Below are positions 1 through 9,677 of a stretch of DNA of 32,000 bases, piece by piece (the first letter of the stretch is position 1; each line of letters opens with the position of its first letter). The DNA lies in assembly GCF_001457595.1 (NCBI RefSeq), contig NZ_LN831039.1, positions 3,780,001-3,812,000 on the forward strand. The letters are read 5' to 3'. The DNA comes from Mycolicibacterium smegmatis (GTDB lineage: Bacteria > Actinomycetota > Actinomycetes > Mycobacteriales > Mycobacteriaceae). A model generated the notes under the pieces. It had not been told where the DNA came from. It saw only the letters and a program-made list of their open reading frames with translations, and searched no databases. Both the position numbers and the translations under genes were made by a program.

Positions 1-1522
1 CGGAGCCGCCGAGCCGGATGTCGGTGCCGCGGCCTGCCATCTGCGTCGACACGGTGACGGCGCCGAGCTTGCCTGCCTCGGCGATCACCGCGGCCTCTTC
101 CGCGTCGTTCTTGGCGTTGAGCACGACGGCGGGCACCCCGGCCTTCAGGAGCTTCTCGTGCAGTTCCTCGGACTCGGCGACGTCGTGGGTGCCGACCAGC
201 ACGGGCTGCCCGGTCTTGTGCACCTCGGCGATGTGCTCGACGATCGCGTCGATCTTGGCCGCGGCCGTGATGTAGACCCGGTCGGGTTCGTCCTTGCGGA
301 TGTTGGGGGTGTTCGGCGGGATCGGCGAGACACCGAGCTTGTAGAACTGCCTCAGCTGCTCACCGGCCGCGAGCGCCGTGCCGGTCATGCCGCACACGCG
401 CGGGTACCGGTTGATGAGCGCCTGCACCGTGATGGTGTCGAGCACCTCGCCGGTCTCGGTGGTCTCGATGCCCTCCTTGGCCTCCACCGCGGCCTGCAGC
501 CCGTCGGGCCAGCGCTGCAGCGACGCGATGCGCCCGCGCGACGCGTTGATCAGGTGCACGGCGTCGTCGCGCACGATGTAGTGCACGTCGCGCTGCAGCA
601 GCACGTGGGCGTGCAGCGCCACGTTGATCTCGGTGAGCGTGGTGCCCACGTGCTCCTCGGAGTACAGGTCGATGCCGCCGAGCTTGGCCTCCATGACGCG
701 GGCCCCGGCCTCGGTGAGGTGCACGTTGCGGCTCTCGGCGTCGGTGTCGTAGTGCTTGCCCGCCTCGAGCTCGCCGACCATCCGGATGATCTCGACACGC
801 GGCTGTTCGCGGTGGCTGGTGCCCGCCAGCACGAGCGGCACGAGCGCCTCGTCGACCAGCACCGAGTCGGCCTCGTCGATCAGCGCGACGTCCGGGTTCG
901 GCGACACCAGGTCGGCGACGTCGGTGACCAGCTGATCGCGCAGCACGTCGAAGCCGATCTCGTTGACCGACGCATACGTCACGTCGCACTGGTAGGCCTC
1001 GCGGCGCTCGTCGGCCGTGGAGTCGGCCGTGATCCAGCCGACCGTGAGCCCGAGCGCCTTGAGCAGCGGGCCCATCCATTCGGCGTCGCGGCGCGCGAGG
1101 TAGTCGTTGATGGTGATGACGTGGACGCGGCGTCCGCCGAGCGCGTAACCGGCCGCGGCGATCGCACCGGCCAGCGTCTTGCCCTCACCCGTGGCCATCT
1201 CCACGACGTCGCCCGCGAGCATGCGCAGGGCGGCCAGCAGCTGCACGTCGAACGGGCGAAGCCCCGTGGTGCGCTCGGCGGCCTCCCGCGCGATCGCGAG
1301 AAACTGCGTGATGTCCGACGCTCCGGCCAGGTCTTCGAGTTTCAGCAGCTTGGCGGCCTTGGTGAGCTGCTCGTCGTCGAGGTCGGCGGCCTTCTTCTCG
1401 AAGTCGGCCGCACCTTTGACCTCCGACAGCGAGCGGGCCTGATTCCGCTCGATGCTGGCACCCAACAGCTTCCAGAACTTGCTACTCAAGCGCCCCGGTT
1501 TGGCGCTGGACGTCTTCGGCAC
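1..1522 (-). CDS. secA2: Accessory Sec translocase ATPase SecA2 (3' part of the gene lies beyond window position 1)
   Basis: Reverse strand reads [31 protein letters not shown]... from a GTG at 1522 and ends at the window edge in [16 protein letters not shown]. These are SecA DEAD-motor motifs in the SecA2 form. Missing from the ORF track because it is open at the edge. Confidence 0.95.
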   Translation of the reverse strand, partial: MPKTSSAKPGRLSSKFWKLLGASIERNQARSLSEVKGAADFEKKAADLDDEQLTKAAKLLKLEDLAGASDITQFLAIAREAAERTTGLRPFDVQLLAALRMLAGDVVEMATGEGKTLAGAIAAAGYALGGRRVHVITINDYLARRDAEWMGPLLKALGLTVGWITADSTADERREAYQCDVTYASVNEIGFDVLRDQLVTDVADLVSPNPDVALIDEADSVLVDEALVPLVLAGTSHREQPRVEIIRMVGELEAGKHYDTDAESRNVHLTEAGARVMEAKLGGIDLYSEEHVGTTLTEINVALHAHVLLQRDVHYIVRDDAVHLINASRGRIASLQRWPDGLQAAVEAKEGIETTETGEVLDTITVQALINRYPRVCGMTGTALAAGEQLRQFYKLGVSPIPPNTPNIRKDEPDRVYITAAAKIDAIVEHIAEVHKTGQPVLVGTHDVAESEELHEKLLKAGVPAVVLNAKNDAEEAAVIAEAGKLGAVTVSTQMAGRGTDIRLGGS

Positions 1523-1565
1523 ACGTTTACGGTACGCGGAGGTTCGCCAGGACTCATTCGCCACG

Positions 1566-1596
1566 GCGTCAGTTGTGCCTCGGCCACGCCTGACGC
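1566..1596. promoter_or_regulatory. Imperfect hairpin / inverted repeat in the secA2-ABC transporter divergent intergenic region
   Basis: GCGTCAG (1566-1572) ... CTGACGC (1590-1596), with an inner GTGCC-tc-GG(C)CAC pairing; 24 nt upstream of the ATG at 1621. Confidence 0.4.
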
Positions 1597-1620
1597 AGGA
1601 TCGCGCGGTACCTTGCCCGC

Positions 1621-3546
1621 ATGGGAATGTTCAGCCCCACTCTCGACTGGAGCAACGAGCTCCTCACATCGCTGATCTGGATCGCCAAGGGCTGGGCGAT
1701 CGCGGCGGTGTGCACGTTGGCGGTCCTCGCACTGCTCGTGCGCTTCACGACGTGGGGCAGGCAGTACTGGCGCATCACCAGCGGATACTTCACCGGCGCC
1801 GACAGCATCAAGGTGTGGGTGTGGCTCGCGGCGCTGTTGCTGTCGGTGATCACGGGTGTGCGCCTTTCGGTGCTGTTCACCTACCAGGGCAACGACATGA
1901 TGACCAGCTTCCAGGTCATCGCAGAAGGCGTCGCGAGCGGCGACGAGGCGGTCCGCACGTCCGGCAAGGACGGCTTCTGGATGTCGCTGACGGTGTTCAC
2001 GATCCTTGCCGCGCTCAACGTCGGCCGCATCATGCTGGACCTGTTCATGGCGCAGCGGTTCATGCTGGCCTGGCGCCAGTGGCTGACCGCGCGGCTCACC
2101 AGCGACTGGCTCGACGGCAAGGCCTACTACCGGTCGCGGTTCATCGACGACACCATCGACAACCCGGATCAACGTATCCAGACCGACATCGACATCTTCA
2201 CCGCAGGTGTCGGCCCGACGCCCAACACGCCGAACAACACCTCGACCGCGACGCTGTTGTTCGGTGCGGTCAACGCGATCGCCTCGATGATTTCGTTCAC
2301 CGCGATTCTGTGGAACCTGTCGGGCAACCTGACCCTGCCGCTGATCGGGGTCGAGCTGCCGCGGGCGATGTTCTTCATCGGCATCCTCTACGTGGTGGTG
2401 GCCACCGTGATCGCGTTCTGGATCGGCCGCCCCATCATCTGGCTGGCGTTCGACAACGAGAAGTTCAACGCCGCGTTCCGTTACGCGCTGGTGCGCATGC
2501 GCGACGCCGCCGAGGCCGTGGCCTTCTACCGCGGCGAGTTCGCCGAACGCACGGGCCTGCGGCGGCTGTTCGCGCCTGTCGTGTCGAACTACAAGCGCTA
2601 CATCAACCGGATGGCCAAGTTCTACGGCTGGAACCTGTCGGTCAGCCAGGCCCAGGAGCTCATCCCCTACATCGTGCAGTTCCCGCGGTTCTTCAACGGC
2701 GAGGTCACCCTGGGTGGGCTGACGCAGACCGCCAGCGCGTTCCGCAATCTCATGGACGGCCTGTCGTTCTTCCGCAACGCCTACGACCAGTTCGCCGGCT
2801 ACCGCGCGGCGATCATCCGTCTGCACGGTCTGGTGGTGGCCAACGAGGAGGCCCGCGCGCTGCCCGAGGTGACCACCACCGCGTGCGTCGACGGCACGGT
2901 CGAACTCAAGGACGTCGAGGTCCGCACACCGGACGGCCGCCAGCTCATCAAGCCGCTCGACATGCGCCTCGAGGTCGGCGACACGCTGGTGATCACCGGC
3001 CCGTCGGGAAGCGGCAAGACCACGCTGCTGCGCAGCCTGGCCGAACTGTGGCCGTTCACCTCCGGCACGCTGACCCGACCGTGCGGCCCCAACGAGACCA
3101 TGTTCCTGTCGCAGATGCCGTACGTGCCGCTGGGCGATCTGCGTGCCGTGGTGACCTACCCGGCACCGGAGGGCTCGGTGAGCGACGAGAAGCTCGCGCA
3201 CACGCTCAACAAGGTCGCGCTGCCACATCTGGTCGAACGCCTCGACGAGGTGCAGGACTGGGCCAAGGTGCTCTCCCCCGGCGAGCAGCAGCGCATCGCG
3301 TTCGCGCGCATCCTGCTCACCAAACCCAAGGTGGTCTTCCTCGACGAGTCCACCTCGGCGCTCGACGAGGGGCTGGAATTCCTGCTGTACCAACTCGTGC
3401 GCACCGAGTTGCCCGACACCATCCTGGTCAGTGTCAGCCACCGCACCACGGTCGAGCAGCATCACACCCACGAACTGCAGCTGCTGGGTGACGGCGACTG
3501 GCGGCTCGGCCGGACGAACGAGAACCCGAAACAGGCGCTGGTCTAG
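1621..3546 (+). CDS. ABC transporter, fused membrane + ATPase, SbmA/BacA-like (Rv1819c family), copy 1
   Basis: 641 aa. N-terminal multi-TM domain, Walker [10 protein letters not shown], signature [16 protein letters not shown], Walker B VVFLDEST. Close to mycobacterial BacA throughout. Confidence 0.93.
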   Translation: MGMFSPTLDWSNELLTSLIWIAKGWAIAAVCTLAVLALLVRFTTWGRQYWRITSGYFTGADSIKVWVWLAALLLSVITGVRLSVLFTYQGNDMMTSFQVIAEGVASGDEAVRTSGKDGFWMSLTVFTILAALNVGRIMLDLFMAQRFMLAWRQWLTARLTSDWLDGKAYYRSRFIDDTIDNPDQRIQTDIDIFTAGVGPTPNTPNNTSTATLLFGAVNAIASMISFTAILWNLSGNLTLPLIGVELPRAMFFIGILYVVVATVIAFWIGRPIIWLAFDNEKFNAAFRYALVRMRDAAEAVAFYRGEFAERTGLRRLFAPVVSNYKRYINRMAKFYGWNLSVSQAQELIPYIVQFPRFFNGEVTLGGLTQTASAFRNLMDGLSFFRNAYDQFAGYRAAIIRLHGLVVANEEARALPEVTTTACVDGTVELKDVEVRTPDGRQLIKPLDMRLEVGDTLVITGPSGSGKTTLLRSLAELWPFTSGTLTRPCGPNETMFLSQMPYVPLGDLRAVVTYPAPEGSVSDEKLAHTLNKVALPHLVERLDEVQDWAKVLSPGEQQRIAFARILLTKPKVVFLDESTSALDEGLEFLLYQLVRTELPDTILVSVSHRTTVEQHHTHELQLLGDGDWRLGRTNENPKQALV

Positions 3547-3559
3547 GTAATCTCCCGCC

Positions 3560-5500
3560 ATGGAGATGTTCACCCAGTCGCTCGACTGGGGCAACGAGAT
3601 CCTGGCGTCGTTGATCTGGGTCGCAAAGGGGTGGGCGATCAGCGCCGCGGTGCTGATCGTCGTGCTCACGCTGATCGCGCGGTTCACCACCTGGGGCAGG
3701 CAGTTCTGGCGCGTCACCGGAGGCTATTTCGTTGGGCGCGAGAGCATCCCGGTGTGGACGCTGCTGGGCGTGCTGCTGCTGTCGGTCATGGTGTCGGTGC
3801 GCATGGACGTGTTGTTCAGCTACTACGCCAACGATCAGGCGACCGCGCTGCAGGTGGCCTTCACCGGCGCGGGCGCAGGCGACGACGCGGTGCGCGACTC
3901 CGGGATCGCCGGGTTCTGGAAGTCGATCCTGATCTTCGGCCTGCTCGTCGCGGCCGACATCACCCGCACGCTGCTCGACCTGTATCTCATGCAGTACTTC
4001 ATCATTCGCTGGCGCGTGTGGCTCACCGACCGCCTGACCGGCGACTGGCTCGACGATCGGGCGTACTACCGCGGCAGGTTCATCGACGCGTTCGGCGGTG
4101 AGCCCGTCGACAACCCCGATCAGCGCATCCAGCAGGACATCGACATCTTCACCACCGGCACCGGACCCGAGACCAACACGCCCACGGTCGCCACGTCACA
4201 GACCCTGCTGTTCGGTTCGGTGTACTCGATCATCTCGGTGGTGGCGTTCACACCGATCCTGTGGAATCTCGCGGGGCCGTTGACGATTCTCGGTGTCACG
4301 GTCCCCAAGGCCCTGTTCTGGATCGCCCTGCTCTGGGTGGCGGTCACCACGGTCATCGCGATCTGGATCGGCAGGCCGATCATCCGCCTGACGTTCCGCA
4401 ACGAGTTGACCAACGCCGCGTTCCGGTACGCGCTCGTGCGGATCCGCGATGCCGCCGAGGCCGTCGGCTTCTACCGCGGCGAGCGCAGCGAACGCGCCAC
4501 GCTCGCAGACCGGTTCGCCCGCATCATCGCGAACTACCGCAGGCTCGTGCTGCGCGGCGTGGCTTTCCTCGGCTGGAACCGCTCGATCAGCCAGATCATC
4601 GAACCGCTCCCGTTGATCGTGCAGGCGCCCCGGTTGTTCGCAGGCGAGCTGCAACTCGGCGACGTCACGCAGTCGTCGAGCGCGTTCGCCAGGGTGCAGA
4701 GTTCACTGAGCTTCTTCCGCGCCGTGTACGACGCGTTCGCGGGCTACCGCGCGGCGATCATCCGCCTCGACGGGCTGGTGGCCGCCAACGAACAGGCAAG
4801 GGCGCTACCGCGTCTGGCGACCGGGCGAAGTACCGACGGTGGTGTCGAACTCGAAGACGTCGAGGTGCGCTCACCGTCTGGCGAGGTGCTGCTGGCAGAC
4901 CTGGACATGCGGCTTGCGCCAGGTGACTGGCTGGTGGTCACGGGACCGTCGGGCACCGGGAAGACGACCATGCTGCGCAGCCTCGCGCAGCTGTGGCCGT
5001 ACAGCGCCGGGACCGCGCGCTTCCCGGGCGACAAGCCCGGTGAGCAGACCGGCGAGCAGTACAGCGTGATGTTCCTGTCGCAGCTGCCCTATGCCCCACT
5101 CGGGGATCTGCGCAGCGTCGTGTGTTATCCGTCGCCGCCGGATGCCTACGACGACACCAGGATCCGCGCGGCGCTCGACGCGGTGACACTGGGTCATCTG
5201 GCCACGCAGCTGGACACCGTCGCGGACTGGGCGAAGGTGCTCTCGCCCGGCGAGCAGCAGCGCATCGCGTTCGCGCGGTTACTGCTCGCGCGGCCGTGCG
5301 CGGTGTTCCTCGACGAGGCCACCTCGGCACTGGACGCCGGACAGGAGTTCGCGCTGTATTCGACGCTGCGCCATGAACTTCCGGAGACCATCGTGGTGTC
5401 GGTGAGCCACCGTGACAGTGTCAACCGGCATCACGACCGGCAGTTGGCACTGCTCGGCGACGGGCGGTGGGAGCTCACCGCCGTCGCCGAGCGGCCCTGA
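3560..5500 (+). CDS. ABC transporter, fused membrane + ATPase, SbmA/BacA-like (Rv1819c family), copy 2
   Basis: 646 aa. Collinear with copy 1 (MEMFTQSLDWGNEILASLIWVAKGWAIS...; GPSGTGKTT; [16 protein letters not shown]; AVFLDEAT). Only 13 nt separates the two genes. Confidence 0.93.
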   Translation: MEMFTQSLDWGNEILASLIWVAKGWAISAAVLIVVLTLIARFTTWGRQFWRVTGGYFVGRESIPVWTLLGVLLLSVMVSVRMDVLFSYYANDQATALQVAFTGAGAGDDAVRDSGIAGFWKSILIFGLLVAADITRTLLDLYLMQYFIIRWRVWLTDRLTGDWLDDRAYYRGRFIDAFGGEPVDNPDQRIQQDIDIFTTGTGPETNTPTVATSQTLLFGSVYSIISVVAFTPILWNLAGPLTILGVTVPKALFWIALLWVAVTTVIAIWIGRPIIRLTFRNELTNAAFRYALVRIRDAAEAVGFYRGERSERATLADRFARIIANYRRLVLRGVAFLGWNRSISQIIEPLPLIVQAPRLFAGELQLGDVTQSSSAFARVQSSLSFFRAVYDAFAGYRAAIIRLDGLVAANEQARALPRLATGRSTDGGVELEDVEVRSPSGEVLLADLDMRLAPGDWLVVTGPSGTGKTTMLRSLAQLWPYSAGTARFPGDKPGEQTGEQYSVMFLSQLPYAPLGDLRSVVCYPSPPDAYDDTRIRAALDAVTLGHLATQLDTVADWAKVLSPGEQQRIAFARLLLARPCAVFLDEATSALDAGQEFALYSTLRHELPETIVVSVSHRDSVNRHHDRQLALLGDGRWELTAVAERP

Positions 5501-5513
5501 GAGACGGCGCCGG

Positions 5514-7013
5514 TCAGCCGACGCGCACGCGCGACGCCGCGTGGGCACCGGCGCGCCTGCCGAAGAACGATCCCTCCCCGAGCTGGGTGCCGCTGGCGTA
5601 CCCCTTGCCGTCCTGGGCGATGTTGGACGCGCACGCGCCCGCGGCGTACAGACCGGGGATGGCGCTGCCGTCCTCGCGCAGCACCTCGCCGTCGATCGAC
5701 ACGGTCAGCCCGCCCATGGTGAACCCGGAGTACATCGCGCGTCCGAGCGACAGGTCGAACGCGGCCCACGGCCCGGAGTCCTGCGGTGCGACGTAGGCGG
5801 GGTCCTTGTGGAAGTCCGGATCCTCACCGCGCCTGGCGTTCTCGTTGTAGCGCTGCAGCGTCGCGGTCAGGTTTTCCACCGGGATGCCGAGGGCCGTGGC
5901 CATCTCCTCGACGGTCTCGTAGCCGTCGATGAACTTGATCAGCGGCATGGCGGGCATTTCCATGTGTGCCTCGTCGACGATCAGATAGGCCTCCTGATCG
6001 GGTTGTTCGAGTACGAACGCCGAGGTGCGGGAATGATAGGAATCCTCGGCGACGAACCGTTCACCACGGTTGTTGACGATGATCCCGGTCAGCAGGATCT
6101 CGGGCGGGTAGGCGGCCGCGGTGATGAACAACTGGTCCATGTCCCTGGCCACCCCGCCGGCCGAGACACCGAGGCGGATGCCCAGGCCGTCGTCGTTGGG
6201 ATTGCCCAGGATGTAGGGCTCGACCTCACCGTGGTGCTTGGTCTTGCGTTTGGCGCCCAGAGCGGGCGTGTACTGCGCGACCATCTCGGGGTTCATCGCG
6301 AAACCACCCGCGGCGATGATCACCGATCTGGCTTTGACACAACCGGTTTCGCCGAAGTGCTTCCACTTCACCCCCGCCACGGCACCGTCGTCGACCACGA
6401 GGTTGGTCACGCCGTGCTCGTAGCGGATCTCGACGCCGAGTTCCTCGGCGCGCTTGAGCAGCAGGTCGATCACCATCGCGGCACCGCCGAGTTCGCCGGG
6501 CACCGGAACCGAGTGGCCGCGCGGGGCGGGCCTGGCCTGTTCGCGGTACGGCCACACCTTCTCGTTGCCGGTGTAGGACAGGCCCTCGGTGCCGGGCGGC
6601 ACCACGACCTTGCCGGGGTAGTAGGTGCGCTCGAACTCGAATCCGAGGGCTTCGAGCCAGTTGAAGTGTTCGACGCTGCCGTCGCAGTACGCGCGGATCT
6701 TGGCGTGGTCGGGATCCTTGGCGACCGCGACGAGGTACTTGTACATCTCGTCGGGGGTGTCGTCGTGTCCCGTTGCCCGCTGCACCGTGGTGCCGCCACC
6801 GAGGTAGAAGTGGCCGCCGGCCATCGCGCTGGTACCGCCGGCTGCTGCCGCGCGTTCCAGGACCAGGACCCGCGCGCCCGCGGCAGCGGCGCTGACCGCA
6901 GCACAACCGCCTGCGATGCCGAAGCCGATCACCACGACATCGACTTCGTCGGCCGCCTCGTCACGCCAGGCCTCGACATCGACGGCGTTGACAACGTCGG
7001 GGATCTCGTTCAC
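5514..7013 (-). CDS. FAD-binding dehydrogenase (fumarate reductase / 3-ketosteroid dehydrogenase-like flavoprotein; Rv1817/Rv0785-like)
   Basis: 499 aa. Dinucleotide-binding motif VDVVVIGFGIAGGCAAVSAAAAGARVLVLE and C-terminal GLYAAGACASNIAQDGKGYASGTQLGEGSFFGRRAG. Confidence 0.9.
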   Translation of the reverse strand: MNEIPDVVNAVDVEAWRDEAADEVDVVVIGFGIAGGCAAVSAAAAGARVLVLERAAAAGGTSAMAGGHFYLGGGTTVQRATGHDDTPDEMYKYLVAVAKDPDHAKIRAYCDGSVEHFNWLEALGFEFERTYYPGKVVVPPGTEGLSYTGNEKVWPYREQARPAPRGHSVPVPGELGGAAMVIDLLLKRAEELGVEIRYEHGVTNLVVDDGAVAGVKWKHFGETGCVKARSVIIAAGGFAMNPEMVAQYTPALGAKRKTKHHGEVEPYILGNPNDDGLGIRLGVSAGGVARDMDQLFITAAAYPPEILLTGIIVNNRGERFVAEDSYHSRTSAFVLEQPDQEAYLIVDEAHMEMPAMPLIKFIDGYETVEEMATALGIPVENLTATLQRYNENARRGEDPDFHKDPAYVAPQDSGPWAAFDLSLGRAMYSGFTMGGLTVSIDGEVLREDGSAIPGLYAAGACASNIAQDGKGYASGTQLGEGSFFGRRAGAHAASRVRVG

Positions 7014-7504
7014 TGTTGCTCCTGTTTCACATAATCGAAGAACGCCCGGATCTCGGGCGGGAAGTAAGCGATTTCCTGATACGGCACACCGGCGTCCGCG
7101 GCCGACAGGTACGCGAAGCGCATACCGCCGGCCAACTCACCGTGGCACACCGCGGGGGTGCCGTCGCGGGCGGCGGCGCGCAGCCGCTCGTCGAACGCCT
7201 CGGTGTCGGGCATCTCGAGGCACACGTGGTGCAGGCCCGGGCCGCAGCGGTCCAGGAACTCGGTGTACACGCTCTCACCGTCCACCGGTGCGATGACCTC
7301 GAGCTGGATGTCACCTGCGTAGCTCAGCGCGACGTCGGCGGTGAAGTCCGCGGGGCGGCCGCGGTGCGTGCATGTGTCCGGGCCGAAGCGGACCGCGGGC
7401 ATGCGGATCCAGCGGCGCGCCCCCAGCAGCGTGGTCAGCGCCTGCTCGGTGCGGTCCAGGTCGCGGGTCACCCAGGCGATCTGGACAGGTGTCTGATTCG
7501 GCAC
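7010..7504 (-). CDS. VOC (glyoxalase/bleomycin-resistance) superfamily protein
   Basis: 164 aa from a GTG at 7504 (VPNQTPVQIAWVTRDLDRTEQALTTLLG...LHHVCLEM...). Its stop overlaps the start of the FAD dehydrogenase by 4 nt. The track's longer start (7687) runs into tetR and is implausible. Confidence 0.8.
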   Translation of the reverse strand: MPNQTPVQIAWVTRDLDRTEQALTTLLGARRWIRMPAVRFGPDTCTHRGRPADFTADVALSYAGDIQLEVIAPVDGESVYTEFLDRCGPGLHHVCLEMPDTEAFDERLRAAARDGTPAVCHGELAGGMRFAYLSAADAGVPYQEIAYFPPEIRAFFDYVKQEQQ

Positions 7505-7537
7505 GCCATGAGGATATCCCCGTACCGACGCGAAGGC

Positions 7538-7551
7538 TAGAACGTGTTCTA
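7538..7551. promoter_or_regulatory. Candidate TetR-family operator, KstR-like consensus
   Basis: TAGAACGTGTTCTA fits TnnAACnnGTTnnA; extended arms CTAGAAC-GT-GTTCTAG at 7537-7552. It sits upstream of the VOC/FAD pair and includes the tetR stop codon. Confidence 0.55.
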
Positions 7552-8232
7552 GTTTGTGAGCGCGCCGGTGAGTGAATCGATCTGGAGGTCGAACAACTGG
7601 CGCGGGTCGGTGAGGGTGTCGGCGCCGTACTGACCGAACACCTCGAGGCTCACCGCCCCGATCAACCCGGCCCACAGCGCGAAGCACCTGGCCATGGTGG
7701 CGTCGTCGACGTGGAGCCTGAACTCGGCCCGCAACCGGGCGAAGTCGCCCGAAAGCGGTTGCGCGACGGTCTCTTCGGTCGCCGGTATGTCCCCTTCGGC
7801 AATACCCCTGGCCACCGCGGCGAACAGCGCGACCACCACCCGCGTACCGGGCACCACGGTGCGCTCGGCCGGGGCGTGGTAACCGGGCACCGGGCTTCCG
7901 TAGAGCAGCGCCCAGCGCGCGGGCTGATCCAGTGCCCAGTTCCGGGTTGCGTGCGCGATCGCGCGGATCTGCGATCGCCAGCGGGCCCCGCCGACGTCGG
8001 CGACCGCGGCCGCCACGGCGTCGGCGAGTTCGGTGTAGGCGTCCACCACGAGCAGGGTGAGCAACTCGTCGCGACTGGCGACGTACCGGTAGACGGCCGA
8101 CGACACCATCCCGAGGTCGCGGGCGACGGCCCGCAGCGAAAGCCCTGCCGCCCCCTCGGTCGCGAGGTGCCGCCTGCCGATCTCGACGATCGCCGCCTCG
8201 ATGCGTTCCCGGCTCTCCTGACGCTTGCCCAC
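7549..8232 (-). CDS. TetR/AcrR family transcriptional regulator (Rv1816-like)
   Basis: 227 aa. N-terminal HTH ...GAAGLSLRAVARDLGMVSSAVYRYVASRDELLTLLVVDAY; C-terminal ...LLYGSPVPGYHAP...SLEVFGQYGADTLTDP. Confidence 0.9.
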   Translation of the reverse strand: MGKRQESRERIEAAIVEIGRRHLATEGAAGLSLRAVARDLGMVSSAVYRYVASRDELLTLLVVDAYTELADAVAAAVADVGGARWRSQIRAIAHATRNWALDQPARWALLYGSPVPGYHAPAERTVVPGTRVVVALFAAVARGIAEGDIPATEETVAQPLSGDFARLRAEFRLHVDDATMARCFALWAGLIGAVSLEVFGQYGADTLTDPRQLFDLQIDSLTGALTN

Positions 8233-8346
8233 GCGGTCAGTGTGCCAGAAACGAGATCACCGCTCTTGAATTTCCCGGGGCCCCGTGCCACCATCAAAAC
8301 GAGAGCACTGATCACATTTGTGGATATTCACGAAGGGACATCCCGC

Positions 8347-8790
8347 ATGACCAGGTATGACGAACCCGGCCCAGTGGCCCGCGCAGCCAATACGCTCATC
8401 CGTTGGCTGGCCGAACACGGCGTGAGCATCGCGGGTTCGACCGCGCTGCGGGTGCGTGGCAGGCGCAGCGGCAAGTTCCGCAGCGTGGTGGTCAACCTGA
8501 TGACGGTCGACGGTCACCGGTACGTGGTCGCACCGCGCGGCGAGACCGAATGGGTCCGCAACGCCAGGGCCGCGGGTGTCGTGGAGATCGGACCGCGCCG
8601 GCGCCGCCGCACGGCACAGATCGCCGAGATCGCCGATGACGCGAAACCCACACTGCTGAAGCGCTATCTCGACCGGTGGTACTGGGAGGTCAAGGGGCAC
8701 ATGGCCGATCTGACGCCGAAGTCGTCGGCCGAGCAGTTGCGCGCGGCGGCACCGCACATCCCGGTGTTCGCACTCGTCGAGACGAGCTGA
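8347..8790 (+). CDS. Deazaflavin (F420)-dependent nitroreductase family (Ddn-like) protein
   Basis: 147 aa from ATG 8347: MTRYDEPGPVARAANTLIRWLAEHGVSIAGSTALRVRGRRSGKFRSVVVNLMTVDGHRYVVAPRGETEWVRNARAAG. The TxGRxSG and WVRNxRAxG features are typical of the family. Confidence 0.75.
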   Translation: MTRYDEPGPVARAANTLIRWLAEHGVSIAGSTALRVRGRRSGKFRSVVVNLMTVDGHRYVVAPRGETEWVRNARAAGVVEIGPRRRRRTAQIAEIADDAKPTLLKRYLDRWYWEVKGHMADLTPKSSAEQLRAAAPHIPVFALVETS

Positions 8791-8809
8791 CCGAGATCAC
8801 CGACTTCGG

Positions 8810-9502
8810 TTACTGCACAAACAGATCGGCCGAGTCGGCCGATGCCTGCACGATGGTGTGGCGTGCCGCGCCGCTCACACTGGGCCAGGACACCGCGGCC
8901 GGATACTGACCCCAGGTGCTGTTGAACAGGCCGAGGATCACGGCGCGTCCGTCGGGCGTGACCGTGTAGACCGGGCCGCCGGAATCACCACGGGCACTCA
9001 CGACGCCGTTGGCCATCGTGAACCACCCGTTGTTGACGGCCTCGACGGTGCCGCAACTCTCGCCGGTGACGACGCCGAAGTGGCACACCGGCATTCCGGG
9101 TGCGGCACCGATCGCCGGATCCTCCACCAGGATTCGCCCCGTGGGCAACGCCGGGTTGATCCCCACGTCACCCGCGAGCTGGATCGTCTCCCAGTCGGAG
9201 ATCACATGGTTGGTGTCCACGGTGGCCCCGTTCGGGGTGTTGTCGTGGAACGCGGCCTGCATGCCGATGACGTTCCCGTTGCGATCGCCCACCGAACCGC
9301 TGCCCCGGCAGTGACCGGCCGTGAACGCGACCCGGGCCACCGGATCGATGAAGCCGATCGTGCAGAGATTGCTGTCCTGCCGTATCTCCATGCCCGGGAA
9401 GACCTGCACTCCCGGGTCCGCATGTGAGGGCCAGGCGGAAAGCGCTGCCATCATGAAGAACACCGGCAGTGCCCGCAACGTGTGAGATAACAACTGACGC
9501 AC
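8810..9502 (-). CDS. Secreted trypsin-like serine protease (Rv1815-like)
   Basis: 230 aa. Signal peptide ending ...AWPSHA; catalytic context FTAGHC and GVVSARGDSGGPVY. GTG start with SD-like GGAG upstream. Confidence 0.85.
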   Translation of the reverse strand: MRQLLSHTLRALPVFFMMAALSAWPSHADPGVQVFPGMEIRQDSNLCTIGFIDPVARVAFTAGHCRGSGSVGDRNGNVIGMQAAFHDNTPNGATVDTNHVISDWETIQLAGDVGINPALPTGRILVEDPAIGAAPGMPVCHFGVVTGESCGTVEAVNNGWFTMANGVVSARGDSGGPVYTVTPDGRAVILGLFNSTWGQYPAAVSWPSVSGAARHTIVQASADSADLFVQ

Positions 9503-9606
9503 AGTCGTCTCCGTTCGTTTGCGGTGTCGTTATCTTGACAGCGTACCGGTGAGGCGAATGTTGCGCCTGCGAATGGTGATGCCGGACGTGAGAACTGGCC
9601 CGCAAC

Positions 9607-9650
9607 AGCGGACGGCGGCCCGGACCAGATGGCCCGGGCCGCCGCTCGCT
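9607..9650. terminator. Long GC-rich hairpin between lectin and protease genes (U-tract-free terminator-like)
   Basis: AGCGGACGGCGGCCCGGACCAGATGGCCCGGGCCGCCGCTCGCT. Perfect 11-bp core stem CGGCGGCCCGG/CCGGGCCGCCG at 9613-9644 with outer AGCG/CGCT. Confidence 0.6.
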
Positions 9651-9677
9651 ACCGGCGCTGTATTGCGTTACCGCAGG

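Noticed and set aside
1523-1620. Cobalamin riboswitch upstream of the BacA-like (B12-transporter family) genes
   Set aside because: The intergenic space is only about 98 nt and lacks a B12-box-like sequence.
1452-3717. Long ORFs of 679 aa (+) and 743 aa (-) overlapping the first ABC transporter, and 505 aa (+) opposite secA2
   Set aside because: Low-complexity R/G/A/H/P-rich translations with no motifs, in alternative frames of a strong ABC/SecA2 gene. These are classic high-GC shadow ORFs.
5501-5530. Terminator between the convergent ABC transporter and FAD dehydrogenase genes
   Set aside because: Only a short CGGCGCCG palindrome and weak CTGA/TCAG symmetry, mostly inside coding sequence; too weak to call.
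5412-7034. 540-aa plus-strand ORF opposite the FAD dehydrogenase
   Set aside because: Antisense to a gene with clear FAD motifs; its composition is that of a codon-mirror frame.
7505-7687. N-terminal extension of the VOC protein in the track (start 7687)
   Set aside because: Extension overlaps the tetR coding region, crosses the palindrome and is compositionally unlike a VOC protein. GTG 7504 gives a normal start.
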